A stretch of DNA of 37,392 nt from a virus (Duplodnaviria; Caudoviricetes): positions 1 through 37,392 of IMG/VR virus record IMGVR_UViG_3300025103_000064, one strand, 5' to 3'. The notes under the pieces are model-generated. The model saw only the letters and a list, made by a program, of their open reading frames with translations, ran no database searches and was not told the DNA's origin. A program made the translations under genes and the position numbers. This document shows positions 28,201 through 37,391 of this stretch, one piece after another. How positions within the stretch are numbered: position 1 is the first letter of the stretch; each line of letters opens with the position of its first letter.

Positions 28201-31124
28201 GAATATGTCATATCTCTTCCGCCTAATGGATTGATTACAAACCCAGTATAGGAGTATAGAGGAGAAGTTAAGCTATTACGAGCATTTAATTCTTCTTGAG
28301 CAATGAATATTTCATTGTAGGGATCATTATTTGCTTTATATCCAGTAAACAATCCAGATCCCCAAGGCAATCCTTTTAATAATGCTTCTTCATTTATAGG
28401 AACTGGATCTGCAACCCAATCAGGAGTACCAAAAGTTAACTGATAGTCTTCATAAAATTGTTGCTGAGGCAATCCTAGATATAGTGCCGCCTTATTCACA
28501 AGCCATTTATATATATAATTTCTCGGAGCAAAAGCTGGAAATGTTGTATAGTATGCTGGACCCTCCGATGGATTTGAATTATCAATCTCTTTATATGGAT
28601 AGTTTTGCAATCCCCCCCAAGTATTTTTTAGCTCTGTCAATAATTCACCAGGCTCGTTTAAAATTATGTTCCCAGTATAATTACTGTGCCCTGTCATAGC
28701 CTCTTCTTGATACCAAGAGCGAATAGGAGCAATCCCACACCCAAGCCCTGAATTAAAAAATTGTACTCCTGATGCACTTGACGATGGAGCTACATAACCT
28801 TCTGCAGTATTCCAAACAATTTCTTTATTAAATATAAATGGTGCTATACCATTACTACCTGTAGTATCAGGGGCAGTAAATGTTACTTTTATCTTATAGG
28901 CAAATCCATCAGAATCTAATGATATATCTTCTGCTAAAATATTGTTAGTAGAGTATTCATCATTATAGAGCATAATTTGAGTTGCTATTTTATTAGCAAA
29001 AGATTGCGAATTATCCACAAATGAAGTTGCTTGTTCTTCTGCATTCCAAGTAAAGTCTCCGGTTAAATCTGTTAAATTACCTTGACTATCTTTTAATAAT
29101 AGTTGATAGTTAGTATTAGCTGGAGATATCTGATCATTTGTTATTCCGTGTAATTCTTGATGAAAGTTAGAATAAGGTCTTCCCTCCTTTAATATAGTAG
29201 TAGTAATAGTATTGCTACCTGAACTAACATTCCCTAAGAATAAACAGCTTTTATTAACTCCACTAATAATATTAGATCTAGAATAATTGCTTATCCTGTT
29301 TGTAGAATATGTCCAGGAGCCACTCTTTAAATCTAATATCATCATATTACCTTGGATATTAGCATCAGTTACATTTGCAGAGTTTCCATATGGAGTATCA
29401 AATATCAATAAATGCTTTTCTTCTGGTAAATAACCTAATTGTCCTCCAGAGCTACCTATAAAATTAGACCAGCCTGGCATTTGATCTCCATCAGCAGTTA
29501 ATTCAGGCGATATATATGGGTCTATTTTTCCTTCTATTAAATTTGTTAATTTCTCTCCATCATATAAATATGCTCCTTTAGGATTGACCCAAACAATACC
29601 AAATTCTGTGGCCATAGAATTATAAGGAGATGCTATCCCTGCAAACTTAAATTCATTTTCTATATACTCAATGTCCCCTGATATATTTATAACATATGTA
29701 GTATTTCTTTTTAATACAATTATCCTATCAGCAAATGATTCTAGTTTAATAATCTCATCACCATCACCAGATGCTACTTCTAAAAAATCAGTAGAAGGGA
29801 ATATCCCTGCTCTTTTAGATAAAGGTGGAGGGATAACTCTTAATATATTATCTGGCTCTGGGATTTCATTAGCAGAGCTCACAGAGTCATCTTTATATCT
29901 CCTTACGTTACCAACAAATATTTGATTGCCCATTACAGTAGAAGTTTTCCATTTTGCTCTAACAGTAGGCACATCATATGAATATAAATTTTCCATCTCA
30001 AATGTAGTTGTTGGTAATGTAGATATAACTAATCCAGTTGCATTCCCATATATAGTAGGATTAGCTTCTGAAACTCCTGAGATACGTAAAAATGATTGAG
30101 AATTACCTTCATGGCTTACAATAGTCTCTTTATTCATATCAGCAGTAGCAATTAATTCAGGGTCCTTACGCAAAGTAGGGCTTGAACTAGAAGCTCCATC
30201 TGCCATTAGGTATATCTTAAAACCAACAATCCTCTTGTCTAATGCACTATCAGGAGTGGTGCTTGTATAACTTCCATCAAGAGCAATCTGAAGACCTAAA
30301 CTTAATTCCCCGTAATCTCCTGCTGCCGGACCGTCAAATGTATGATATTTAGAAGTATTATATAATATTGGTGATTCTTCTCCATGATAATATATACTAG
30401 AAATACCAAACCAATAAAAATGATCAGTAGATTGATCTCCTTGATAACTCCCTGTATCTGTAGTATTGTTATCTGCTGTAATTTTAAATTTTAATGCAGT
30501 ACTCGTTGGAGCTTCTGGAGCAATATTACTCGCTACTTCAAAATTATCATTAAGCATAGATGGATAACTAACAGAAGAACCATACCAGCCAGCAGGCCAT
30601 TTAATATCATGATCAGCATCTGTAGGGAATAATGTATTATCTAAAAATTCATATACATAAGGCATATTAGAAGTATTATCAAAATTGGCATCAGATACAA
30701 ATAATCTTTCGTTTGTATAATGAAAGACAGTATTTAATGCACCTGACCATCCAGGAGTAAATCCAGCAGTTATACCCTCAATAGCGGTATCAGGATCATA
30801 GATAATTCCATTTTGTGCTATATTGAATTGATTTCCATTTTGATATACTACAAATACATTACCATCATTAGTTGCAGCTCCAGATAAATCATGGTCAGCC
30901 TTAAACGCAAATAATCCATAGCCAGGAGTAACACCCCCAGCTATGTCAACTGTATTTGCCAATTGTTCAAAAGGCATATCTCTACCCATCATCCTTACCT
31001 TGCCGGGTATATCAACCATTACATTTGATGCATTGACTAATGCATTATCAGGAGTATCTCTCTTGTCTCGATAGTTATTTAATCCACCATGGAACTGGTT
31101 AATCTTTAGGCTTTTTTTCGGCAC
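25284..31124 (-). CDS. tail nozzle/muzzle (tubular-B/stabilisation-like) protein with a large insertion (1946 aa)
   Basis: N-terminal INQFHGGLN, propeller-like GDGDEIIKL...IIVLK, GIVW.N..GAYLYDG; C-terminal IETKDFDFGNP..K...IQLRI..FELNDISIVYR. Confidence 0.7.
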   Translation of the reverse strand: MPKKSLKINQFHGGLNNYRDKRDTPDNALVNASNVMVDIPGKVRMMGRDMPFEQLANTVDIAGGVTPGYGLFAFKADHDLSGAATNDGNVFVVYQNGNQFNIAQNGIIYDPDTAIEGITAGFTPGWSGALNTVFHYTNERLFVSDANFDNTSNMPYVYEFLDNTLFPTDADHDIKWPAGWYGSSVSYPSMLNDNFEVASNIAPEAPTSTALKFKITADNNTTDTGSYQGDQSTDHFYWFGISSIYYHGEESPILYNTSKYHTFDGPAAGDYGELSLGLQIALDGSYTSTTPDSALDKRIVGFKIYLMADGASSSSPTLRKDPELIATADMNKETIVSHEGNSQSFLRISGVSEANPTIYGNATGLVISTLPTTTFEMENLYSYDVPTVRAKWKTSTVMGNQIFVGNVRRYKDDSVSSANEIPEPDNILRVIPPPLSKRAGIFPSTDFLEVASGDGDEIIKLESFADRIIVLKRNTTYVINISGDIEYIENEFKFAGIASPYNSMATEFGIVWVNPKGAYLYDGEKLTNLIEGKIDPYISPELTADGDQMPGWSNFIGSSGGQLGYLPEEKHLLIFDTPYGNSANVTDANIQGNMMILDLKSGSWTYSTNRISNYSRSNIISGVNKSCLFLGNVSSGSNTITTTILKEGRPYSNFHQELHGITNDQISPANTNYQLLLKDSQGNLTDLTGDFTWNAEEQATSFVDNSQSFANKIATQIMLYNDEYSTNNILAEDISLDSDGFAYKIKVTFTAPDTTGSNGIAPFIFNKEIVWNTAEGYVAPSSSASGVQFFNSGLGCGIAPIRSWYQEEAMTGHSNYTGNIILNEPGELLTELKNTWGGLQNYPYKEIDNSNPSEGPAYYTTFPAFAPRNYIYKWLVNKAALYLGLPQQQFYEDYQLTFGTPDWVADPVPINEEALLKGLPWGSGLFTGYKANNDPYNEIFIAQEELNARNSLTSPLYSYTGFVINPLGGRDMTYSDAENHWSYTTSGDDGQYNIACAARTNPRLVRYMCNFTHNDSLKNYSSESLDMSNGPGYVLPNDINSGAYVSPGLIFTQSWSTDSEDLHAKFVSDGGSNSGEDQKNGNGFYRDNSGSQQDTQWPNGYFYFGFGKDNPNCKIVEGVGKTSSNELINKSDLEVLNYVETPFASDPTMNMRVDSNLYANNYFIGWQTTFNDFSSSLENVQSKAEYFISKDLLDSGSNYLFKDFGDLMYTPGIKYSNPDNIEPFNNIGNGYGYNSSKNYYGFSNSFPDADGIFPNFEDEDKETRVYGNSIPFNQQSPSDALTCEARDNMLTRDSMLFKEPESIGQNGIVFETKISTNGFESDESSSTRPKANHINRNSGLQSIAIMNGDNSKAWEDSTLFYSDAGVGEQVDASGKLPSAVSYSSVPYLVIEVTHSEIILHYICDYTLNKHAHVIGNKYEWSLPATDSPNLNYEFSDMILSGGEVIDVQNNKVVNLSNPWLENDINDDGYEGQIYDPIHNYPWGINGYCKLRFLKSEQLSVSTKQSIELLAAGPGTVAFWNNPLKNENHSAHANGELDTLSTFYPPKAKDTSFDYNIDPRDLTDISGAENGNIESSGAGAVAGFQLFSLGDNGEKREIILHNSRSLSAEQTNPLQANMLITKTDNANSPISKSISDIKWTSGDYDDSYDVNNELKTQISGTAGIFSENPAFVTINGSGSSNYPRITDNFSSATGTEIILKAEDFNVNAGESYTISLQEYIAAGDIIYLSSVNKRYRALTVTYDGNDNSANYGKTTIAIDTNINGTGHGVLTAIDSADTASTESLTCGALHFKDGGSSTIKSDLFISGGYTGELKVLQFNNNSTFADLVDNDSEYPTGGGAFIETKDFDFGNPSSLKNINYVDISAKGTGSLKISYALNNSGNFNRESIDELVTSVPFDDNLNFKTFRFQKVKGSIKNCNSIQLRIEIIDGEGFELNDISIVYREKVL

Positions 31125-31230
31125 GTTTATGCTTTCCTTTTTTCTTTAAATATGAATATAACTCTTTGCCAAATGATTCATACCTTTCATTCAACTCTTC
31201 GTAATTATTAGGATCTATCTTCTTTTTCAT
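31099..31230 (-). CDS. small basic protein (43 aa, not in ORF track)
   Basis: TAATG-coupled ORF MKKKIDPNNYEELNERYESFGKELYSYLKKKGKHKRAEKKPKD* filling the gap before the nozzle gene. Confidence 0.45.
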   Translation of the reverse strand: MKKKIDPNNYEELNERYESFGKELYSYLKKKGKHKRAEKKPKD

Positions 31231-31427
31231 TAAAGAGCTTTTTTCAATGCCGCCTTTATTACACCCTCTACTGTATCATATACAGCATTCATAATCTTCT
31301 CTTCAGTCTTCTCTGATAAGAAAGGAATATCTACACTATCATTTAATGCTTTTACTACTTCTTTCTGTAGCTCATCATTAAATACCTCATCTATAATGTC
31401 ATCCCCTAATTTGCTAAATATACTCAT
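31230..31427 (-). CDS. small acidic helical protein (65 aa)
   Basis: ATGA overlap; AAGGA RBS; LND.VDIPFLSE.TE pattern. Confidence 0.7.
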   Translation of the reverse strand: MSIFSKLGDDIIDEVFNDELQKEVVKALNDSVDIPFLSEKTEEKIMNAVYDTVEGVIKAALKKAL

Positions 31428-31687
31428 TTTGTATCCTTTTTCATTAACTTTGTTATTATAGTCACTATTGACTTATAGGATTTTTCAATCCCCTTCTGTT
31501 CTATCTGCATTAACTTCTGCTGATTAATCAACTGAATTATAATGCCTTCCAATCTTTTAAAACTCTCCTCCAGCTCCTCCATTAGAGTATCTTGGATGAA
31601 GTGATTTTGCTTCCAAATAAAGTAACCAAAGGCCATTGATACAGCCACCGGTATTCCGAACTTCTCTATTATCGCAAATATATCCAT
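31424..31687 (-). CDS. holin-like membrane protein (87 aa)
   Basis: N-terminal TM segment IIEKFGIPVAVSMAFGYFIW followed by a coiled coil (BhlA-like layout). Confidence 0.55.
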   Translation of the reverse strand: MDIFAIIEKFGIPVAVSMAFGYFIWKQNHFIQDTLMEELEESFKRLEGIIIQLINQQKLMQIEQKGIEKSYKSIVTIITKLMKKDTK

Positions 31688-32472
31688 TAATTACCATCCA
31701 ATACTTCTCCCCATAGACTTGTTTTCCCATTTACTATCTGCACGACATGAACAGTAAATAGCCCCTTGTCATAGAAGTCTACTACAGCAAAGGCATGAGA
31801 CCAATTATGCTGTCTCCCACCTAACCATGAGTTCTTCTCCTTGCTCATGTCTTTTAAGCAGCCAATACTCCATGCAGACTTCTGCCCGCCTAAGTGAGTA
31901 ACGCTAGCTTGCTGTATATCATGGTGATGCCCATACATTACATTAGTACCAAGTTTGGTTAAATGATTTCTAGTATGATTCACAGTAGCATAATGATTAC
32001 CATGATAAAAGTTTAACTTCCCTATTGTCAAAAAATCACCATTCTTATGGTAATTATATCCTCTCTCTTTCAACCTCACCGCATTCTTAAATAAGTAATC
32101 ACTCTTTAAGAAGGGATTTTCTGCTACGAAGGCATTCATCCAAGCATCATGATTTCCTTCGATCATATGCCTCTGCCTACACTTCGCCTTATCTAAGGCT
32201 TTATCTACCTGATCCATACCTAGATTAACATCATGTATGTCTTCATCGATAAATGGTATTTGATATTCTAATGGCGGTCTCTTCTTTCGATTCCACTGCC
32301 AATGAGAACATCCTCCCCATTCTCCTACATCCCCCAGATCAATATAAATATCTGGCTTAACTATTTCAATTGCCTGCGTTAGACAACTCATTGCTGGTTT
32401 ATCTGCAAGTGGGAAGTGTTTGTCTGGAGTTACAATTGCTCTCTTGACAGTTCCCTTTTTCCATCTACCCAT
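31687..32472 (-). CDS. calcineurin-like metallophosphoesterase
   Basis: PDKHFP, LGDVGE, EGNHD, FYHG and MYGHHHD motifs. Confidence 0.9.
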   Translation of the reverse strand: MGRWKKGTVKRAIVTPDKHFPLADKPAMSCLTQAIEIVKPDIYIDLGDVGEWGGCSHWQWNRKKRPPLEYQIPFIDEDIHDVNLGMDQVDKALDKAKCRQRHMIEGNHDAWMNAFVAENPFLKSDYLFKNAVRLKERGYNYHKNGDFLTIGKLNFYHGNHYATVNHTRNHLTKLGTNVMYGHHHDIQQASVTHLGGQKSAWSIGCLKDMSKEKNSWLGGRQHNWSHAFAVVDFYDKGLFTVHVVQIVNGKTSLWGEVLDGN

Positions 32473-32490
32473 TTTCTCTCCCTAGTTAAC

Positions 32491-32637
32491 TTATTTAGTA
32501 ATTGCCTTAATTTTCAGTAGTAAATATACTATATTTATTATGATTAATAAAACTCCTAACATCTCAGGGACTACATCCCATACATTTAATAGTAGAGTAC
32601 TAGTGCTACTCCCTATAGTCTTTAAAGAATCATTCAC
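32491..32637 (-). CDS. small membrane peptide, holin-like (48 aa, not in ORF track)
   Basis: GTG start; MNDSLKTIGSSTSTLLLNVWDVVPEMLGVLLIIINIVYLLLKIKAITK*; strong TM helix with a basic tail. Confidence 0.55.
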   Translation of the reverse strand: MNDSLKTIGSSTSTLLLNVWDVVPEMLGVLLIIINIVYLLLKIKAITK

Positions 32638-32986
32638 CTGTAAATGTCCCGCTTTGCGCTAAAGTCTGTGCCTCAGCTTTGGTTAATACACTATTATTAG
32701 GATATGCTTTTGAAGCCCCTAAAGCTATGATAGAGGACATTTCTCCTGTAAGTAGGGAGAATGCACCTTTTACAATAATATAAGCTCCATCGTGCGATTC
32801 TCGTGGTACACCTAATTTACCTTTAAATGCAGCATCTTTCCAAGTAGGTGTATAAACTGTAGAGCTTTCTACTTCACCATCCTCATCATAGGTATAATTA
32901 GTCCATCCTAATTGCGATTGCAACTCAGAGGGTATTGCACTCTCATAGGTTGCTTTATTTAAACATATGTACATTTCGTAAGCCAT
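32630..32986 (-). CDS. hypothetical tail-associated protein (118 aa)
   Basis: TAATG-coupled to the LamG protein gene. Confidence 0.65.
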   Translation of the reverse strand: MAYEMYICLNKATYESAIPSELQSQLGWTNYTYDEDGEVESSTVYTPTWKDAAFKGKLGVPRESHDGAYIIVKGAFSLLTGEMSSIIALGASKAYPNNSVLTKAEAQTLAQSGTFTGE

Positions 32987-35900
32987 TAGTTTTTATGTCT
33001 CCTTTTACCTGCTTTATAATTTCTTGCTACTTGGTTTGCTGTTAATTCGGTATTATATACAACTACATCATCTATTTGACCTTTATAGCTATCATTTGGA
33101 GTCACCCCAAGAGGAGCATGAGCCCCTATAGCAAAATTACATGTAGTCATATCACCTGTTGTAGTTGCAAAAGACTGACCACTAACAGAAGTCCATTCTT
33201 CTACCCATACGCCATTTGCATATACTTTTGTCATATCTGCAGCATCACCAGTAGTACCAGAGTTATATGTTCTTGCACCATTAAATGTCCATGTAATATG
33301 AGTCCATGTATCATATGCTAGCCCTAAGTCTGTTTCATCATCATATCTTACCCAACCTATATTAGAGCTAGTATTGCTCATAACAAAATACACTAACCCC
33401 CCAAGAATATAAATTCTTATACTTTCATTAGTTCCTTTATGATTACTAATAATATATTGTAATGACGAGAAGTCTCTTGGCTTCATCCAAAAAGATATAG
33501 AAAAAGTAGCAGTTTCATCTAGGCTGTCTATATGTGGACACAATATATGTTGTGGGCTAGAATCCCCTTGAGGATTATTCAAGCCAACTCTATTTCTAGT
33601 CATCAAGAACCCTTGAGTATCCCTATTATTGTTTCCTTCAGGTAGTATTAAATGTTCTGTTATACTTGTTGCAGTACCATTATTACTATTGGTAGATAAG
33701 TCTGTCCATTCAGAACTACCTTCATTTCTCCAATATCCCGATAGATTAGCTACACTTGAATGAGTGAGAGCATCTAATGCTTCTCCATCATTGTATAGTT
33801 CTTGGACTTGGGTTAATGTTAATTGGGTATTCCATAAAGATACTTCTGTGATTGCACCTTCAGCAAAAACAGTATCAGAGCCAATAACACCCTTCCCTAT
33901 TAGCAGAGGGTCTGGACCATCAACTAAGGATTGAGTGCCATTAGAATTACCATTGGTATCTTGCAGTACACCATTAACATAAATATATATGCCTGCATTA
34001 CTATTCTCCGTTCCATTCCAAGTACCAACTACATGATGCCATTTACCTGAAGTTAATGCTGAACCAGTACTTATTCTCCCATCATAATGTCCATCAGTGC
34101 CATCCTTACCAATTCTAAATATAGGTTTGGCATTAGTATGCGTATATAAAACATATTCCATATCTCCTTCATCTGTTCCTTTAAGAACAATAGGCATGCT
34201 CGCATTAGAATTAGGCATTGCAAATACCCATGCTGATACAGTAAATCCATCAGTAGTAGGAGTTATTGCAGCATTATCGCTAATAGATACATAATCAGCA
34301 GTTCCATCAAACCATGCTAATTGATTATATGATTGGAATCCAAGTTGTGGTATTGTTGGTTGAGCATCTGCATCTGTCCAGCCTGTAGCAAAGCCTACTT
34401 CTTTGAGACTAAAGTCACTAATCCATACTTCATCACCTGTGCTAAGGTTTCTCAACTGAAAGTAAGCGCTAGTAGCACTGCCAGCTGTAAAAGTGGCTGT
34501 AACAGTCTGAAAAGTAGTATTATCATATGCCCCTAAATTAGTATAAGTAGTCCCAGTATGAATGTATCCATTAACAGTATCCCCTGAGCTAACTTTCAGT
34601 TGACAGCTAAACTTATATTGTCGCCCTATTACAAGGTCATCTGCAAACTCAGTATTAGCATCCTGAAATTTTATATACAAGCCATATTCAGAATAGGTGG
34701 CGACACTACCCATAGTCATTTTTACTCTCAATGCATCATCTTCTTCTACAATAGAATATGTATTCCCACGATAACCAATCCATCCAAAGTCAAGCAACCA
34801 AGCCTTGTCATTAGAATCCATAGTTGGGACACTACTTCCATCAGCATGAGCTACTTGAAATTTTGTACCTATATTATTATCAGGCGCTCCATATGTAGTA
34901 AAGTCAATACCATCTTGAGCAGTTATTTCATACCATTTAGCATTTGATAATGCACCACTTGCTATTTCAGAGCCAGTTCTTAATTCACTTACAGAATCAG
35001 TATCAAGCAAGGCTTCATCATTTGCCCATAGCTCATCCCCATAGAATGTAGAAGTTCCGTGGTTTTTGGCGTTGACAGGAAGGACTGAAATGTTGTCTAT
35101 GTAATACTCATTTGTTACGCCAGCGGAAGAGCTATAAAATCGAAGATAAATATCTCCTGCAGTCCAGAGATAAGTATAACTTGTCCAAGATGAATCTGTA
35201 AAATTTCCTCCACCTACTTTATTGTTATCTTTACCTAAATATATACCACCAGCAATTACTTTAATATCAAAAGATACTTTATATACTTGCCCTACGGTCA
35301 GAACATTTTGATTATACCCTTTATCTGAAGTAGATGCAACAATATGGGCAGCTGTACTATGTCCATCGTGTGATACAACTTCTGCCGTACTTATAGATAC
35401 AGCACCAGCTACAGTCCAACCTGTAAAATCACCTGTGTCAAAATTTGAATTAGTTAAAGGTGTAGTCCCTAATCCAGTATTAGACCCATCCATTACATTG
35501 ATTTGCTGACCTCTTGTGGTATCATTCATAGGATACCATAGCTTGAGGTCTGAATAAGTGAGGGAAGTGCTAGAGTTGTCTAAGGCTAGTTTTTCAGGGT
35601 TAGCATAAGCATAAGCCACATCAGAGGCAGTTAATACTGTATCCCATATTTGCACATTAGATAGAAGCCCTTGATGAAGCCCTGCACCTTGCTCATATAG
35701 AGTTCCGCTACTAATGTATCCCTGAAATCCTATAGTACTGTTTAGGCTTCCAGTCCTTAAGTCTGTTTCATTTGTATTAGCGTCAGTATCAATCAACAAC
35801 CCATCAAGATATAAACTTGCTAGACCACTTGAGTAGCTCCATGTCAATGTAGCGTAATGCCAGTTCCCATCATTAACATCTATAGTTGATGTGAGGTCGC

Positions 35901-36210
35901 TTGTAGCAGCTTTATTAGCATTAATATTCGCAGTAAGTTTCCCTCCTTCGACATTAATCCACCACGCATATATAGAGCTGCTTGCATATTTAGCAATCAT
36001 ACCACTATTTGATTCAGTAGTATTAAACCATAATGATATTGATACTGCTGTAGCTCCATTCATAAAAGTTAATGGCATAGTTATATAGTCAGCTACCCCA
36101 TCAAACTCTAATGCTTGACCTGTATATGCAGTACCATGATTGTTATTCCCAGAAGTATCTAATGCTCTTGGGCGTAAAGGCTTTGAAGTTTGTGTTATAG
36201 TAGCTGCCAT
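32986..36210 (-). CDS. multi-LamG (concanavalin A-like) tail/receptor-binding protein with CBM-like domains (1074 aa)
   Basis: Three LamG-type repeats (ALEFDG, SISLWF, WHYATLTW, FTVSAWV, WHHVVGTW, FSISFWMK, IDDVVVYN) and two CBM4/9-like modules (NSNFDTGDFTGW...YIDNISV; YKFSCQLK...ISDFSLKEV). Confidence 0.8.
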   Translation of the reverse strand: MAATITQTSKPLRPRALDTSGNNNHGTAYTGQALEFDGVADYITMPLTFMNGATAVSISLWFNTTESNSGMIAKYASSSIYAWWINVEGGKLTANINANKAATSDLTSTIDVNDGNWHYATLTWSYSSGLASLYLDGLLIDTDANTNETDLRTGSLNSTIGFQGYISSGTLYEQGAGLHQGLLSNVQIWDTVLTASDVAYAYANPEKLALDNSSTSLTYSDLKLWYPMNDTTRGQQINVMDGSNTGLGTTPLTNSNFDTGDFTGWTVAGAVSISTAEVVSHDGHSTAAHIVASTSDKGYNQNVLTVGQVYKVSFDIKVIAGGIYLGKDNNKVGGGNFTDSSWTSYTYLWTAGDIYLRFYSSSAGVTNEYYIDNISVLPVNAKNHGTSTFYGDELWANDEALLDTDSVSELRTGSEIASGALSNAKWYEITAQDGIDFTTYGAPDNNIGTKFQVAHADGSSVPTMDSNDKAWLLDFGWIGYRGNTYSIVEEDDALRVKMTMGSVATYSEYGLYIKFQDANTEFADDLVIGRQYKFSCQLKVSSGDTVNGYIHTGTTYTNLGAYDNTTFQTVTATFTAGSATSAYFQLRNLSTGDEVWISDFSLKEVGFATGWTDADAQPTIPQLGFQSYNQLAWFDGTADYVSISDNAAITPTTDGFTVSAWVFAMPNSNASMPIVLKGTDEGDMEYVLYTHTNAKPIFRIGKDGTDGHYDGRISTGSALTSGKWHHVVGTWNGTENSNAGIYIYVNGVLQDTNGNSNGTQSLVDGPDPLLIGKGVIGSDTVFAEGAITEVSLWNTQLTLTQVQELYNDGEALDALTHSSVANLSGYWRNEGSSEWTDLSTNSNNGTATSITEHLILPEGNNNRDTQGFLMTRNRVGLNNPQGDSSPQHILCPHIDSLDETATFSISFWMKPRDFSSLQYIISNHKGTNESIRIYILGGLVYFVMSNTSSNIGWVRYDDETDLGLAYDTWTHITWTFNGARTYNSGTTGDAADMTKVYANGVWVEEWTSVSGQSFATTTGDMTTCNFAIGAHAPLGVTPNDSYKGQIDDVVVYNTELTANQVARNYKAGKRRHKN

Positions 36211-36965
36211 TATGAGAGTGTCCCATTATTTGAACCATGATTATCATTAGCGTCTGCACTAAGATTCCACCATGATACTAAATTTGTTGTTTCTGAACTA
36301 GTTAAGCCTGAATAGTTTTTATACATAATAGATTTGATTTGAGCTTGAGTTAATGCTGATGTCCACATACCTACATTGCAAATATTCCCTTTCCACTCTT
36401 CAAGTAAAGCTGAACTAACACCTATCTTAAAAGAAACATCTGCTGCAGTCAAAATATCCTGAGAAAGAGTTTTAGTCTCTACCTGAACTCCATCTAGGTA
36501 AAAAGAAGATACAGCTCCTGTGCCTCCATTTACCCAAACAATATGATACCAAGTGCCTGCGGAAAGAGTTACATTATGTGAAATACTATTGTATCCCCCT
36601 GATTTTGCTTGGAATAATATAAATCGATAATTAGCCCCACTCTTCTCATATTTCATGTAGTACCCACTTGTACCTGCACCAACACCACGGCTAAAGAATG
36701 TTAATTTCCCATCAGTTGCGACATCGTGTCCAGGTTCTATTCTATACCACCCTGAAATAGTAAAAGCTCCTGATGTTACATCAGGCATACCTGTCCCGCA
36801 AGCTACATGCTGGTCACTAGCACCACTAAGGCTTACTGACCCATCACTTATGGGTGTAACTTCTCCTATGTCAAAGTTAGACTTTAATACTAATCCGTCA
36901 CTTATGATTCCAGGGGTTGTTAGGGCTTGCTTCCCTATGTTTGCGCCTAATCCTAGTTTAGGCAT
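36210..36965 (-). CDS. LamG domain virion protein (251 aa)
   Basis: MPKLGLG N-terminal anchor, FTISGWY, WYHIVW, GNICNVGMW, LVSWW, NNGTL. Confidence 0.8.
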   Translation of the reverse strand: MPKLGLGANIGKQALTTPGIISDGLVLKSNFDIGEVTPISDGSVSLSGASDQHVACGTGMPDVTSGAFTISGWYRIEPGHDVATDGKLTFFSRGVGAGTSGYYMKYEKSGANYRFILFQAKSGGYNSISHNVTLSAGTWYHIVWVNGGTGAVSSFYLDGVQVETKTLSQDILTAADVSFKIGVSSALLEEWKGNICNVGMWTSALTQAQIKSIMYKNYSGLTSSETTNLVSWWNLSADANDNHGSNNGTLS

Positions 36966-36968
36966 ATC

Positions 36969-37298
36969 TTAACCTAAATATAAAATTGCTTTACAGGAAG
37001 ATGTCATATGGACAGAGGTAAATCTTCCATATATAGTCACCCCTGAAGGAATCGTTAAAGCTCCCATTGCATCTCCACCACTTGAATGAGCTGCAGCTGG
37101 GCTTGCATAGTTAGTACTTTCTGATGCAGTATCAGTTTCAAAAGTACAATCATCTATTGCCTGTATAGCTACTACAACAGATCCTGTTGGGGGAGTATAT
37201 GGATCCCCATCACTTAAATATGCTACTCCTGCTTGACCCATACTAACATTCTGAGCTTCTTGTACTGTATATCCTTGTATTCCACCTTTTTTTGCCAT
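36969..37298 (-). CDS. small virion structural protein (109 aa)
   Basis: AGGAGG RBS; C-terminal TIPSGVTIYGRFT....S...ILY pattern seen in small phage tail/fibre proteins. Confidence 0.65.
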   Translation of the reverse strand: MAKKGGIQGYTVQEAQNVSMGQAGVAYLSDGDPYTPPTGSVVVAIQAIDDCTFETDTASESTNYASPAAAHSSGGDAMGALTIPSGVTIYGRFTSVHMTSSCKAILYLG

Positions 37299-37309
37299 GT
37301 TTACCTCCT

Positions 37310-37339
37310 GCCCTAAGGACTGACCGTCCGTGAATGGGC
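37310..37339 (-). promoter_or_regulatory. structured RNA leader abutting the RBS
   Basis: On the - strand GCCC-ATTCAC-GGAC-GGTCA-GTCC-TTA-GGGC is followed immediately by AGGAGG and ATG. Confidence 0.45.
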
Positions 37340-37346
37340 TCGTTTA

Positions 37347-37391
37347 TTATGTTATTGAACTTGGTCCATATGGGCCTAATACCCTTGGTCC
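37347..37391 (-). CDS. 3' end of an upstream structural gene truncated by the window edge
   Basis: Frame ...GPRVLGPYGPSSIT* followed by a second TAA. Confidence 0.35.
   Translation of the reverse strand, partial: GPRVLGPYGPSSIT

Noticed and set aside
10021-36088. Numerous short + strand ORFs antisense to the structural genes (also short antisense or alternate-frame ORFs in the early arm)
   Set aside because: They lie fully inside long genes, lack RBSs and have shadow-frame composition.
8892-37298. Stop-codon reassignment as seen in some crAss-like phages
   Set aside because: Very long ORFs are intact under the standard code and tile the region with coupled starts; TAG and TGA both appear as apparent true stops.
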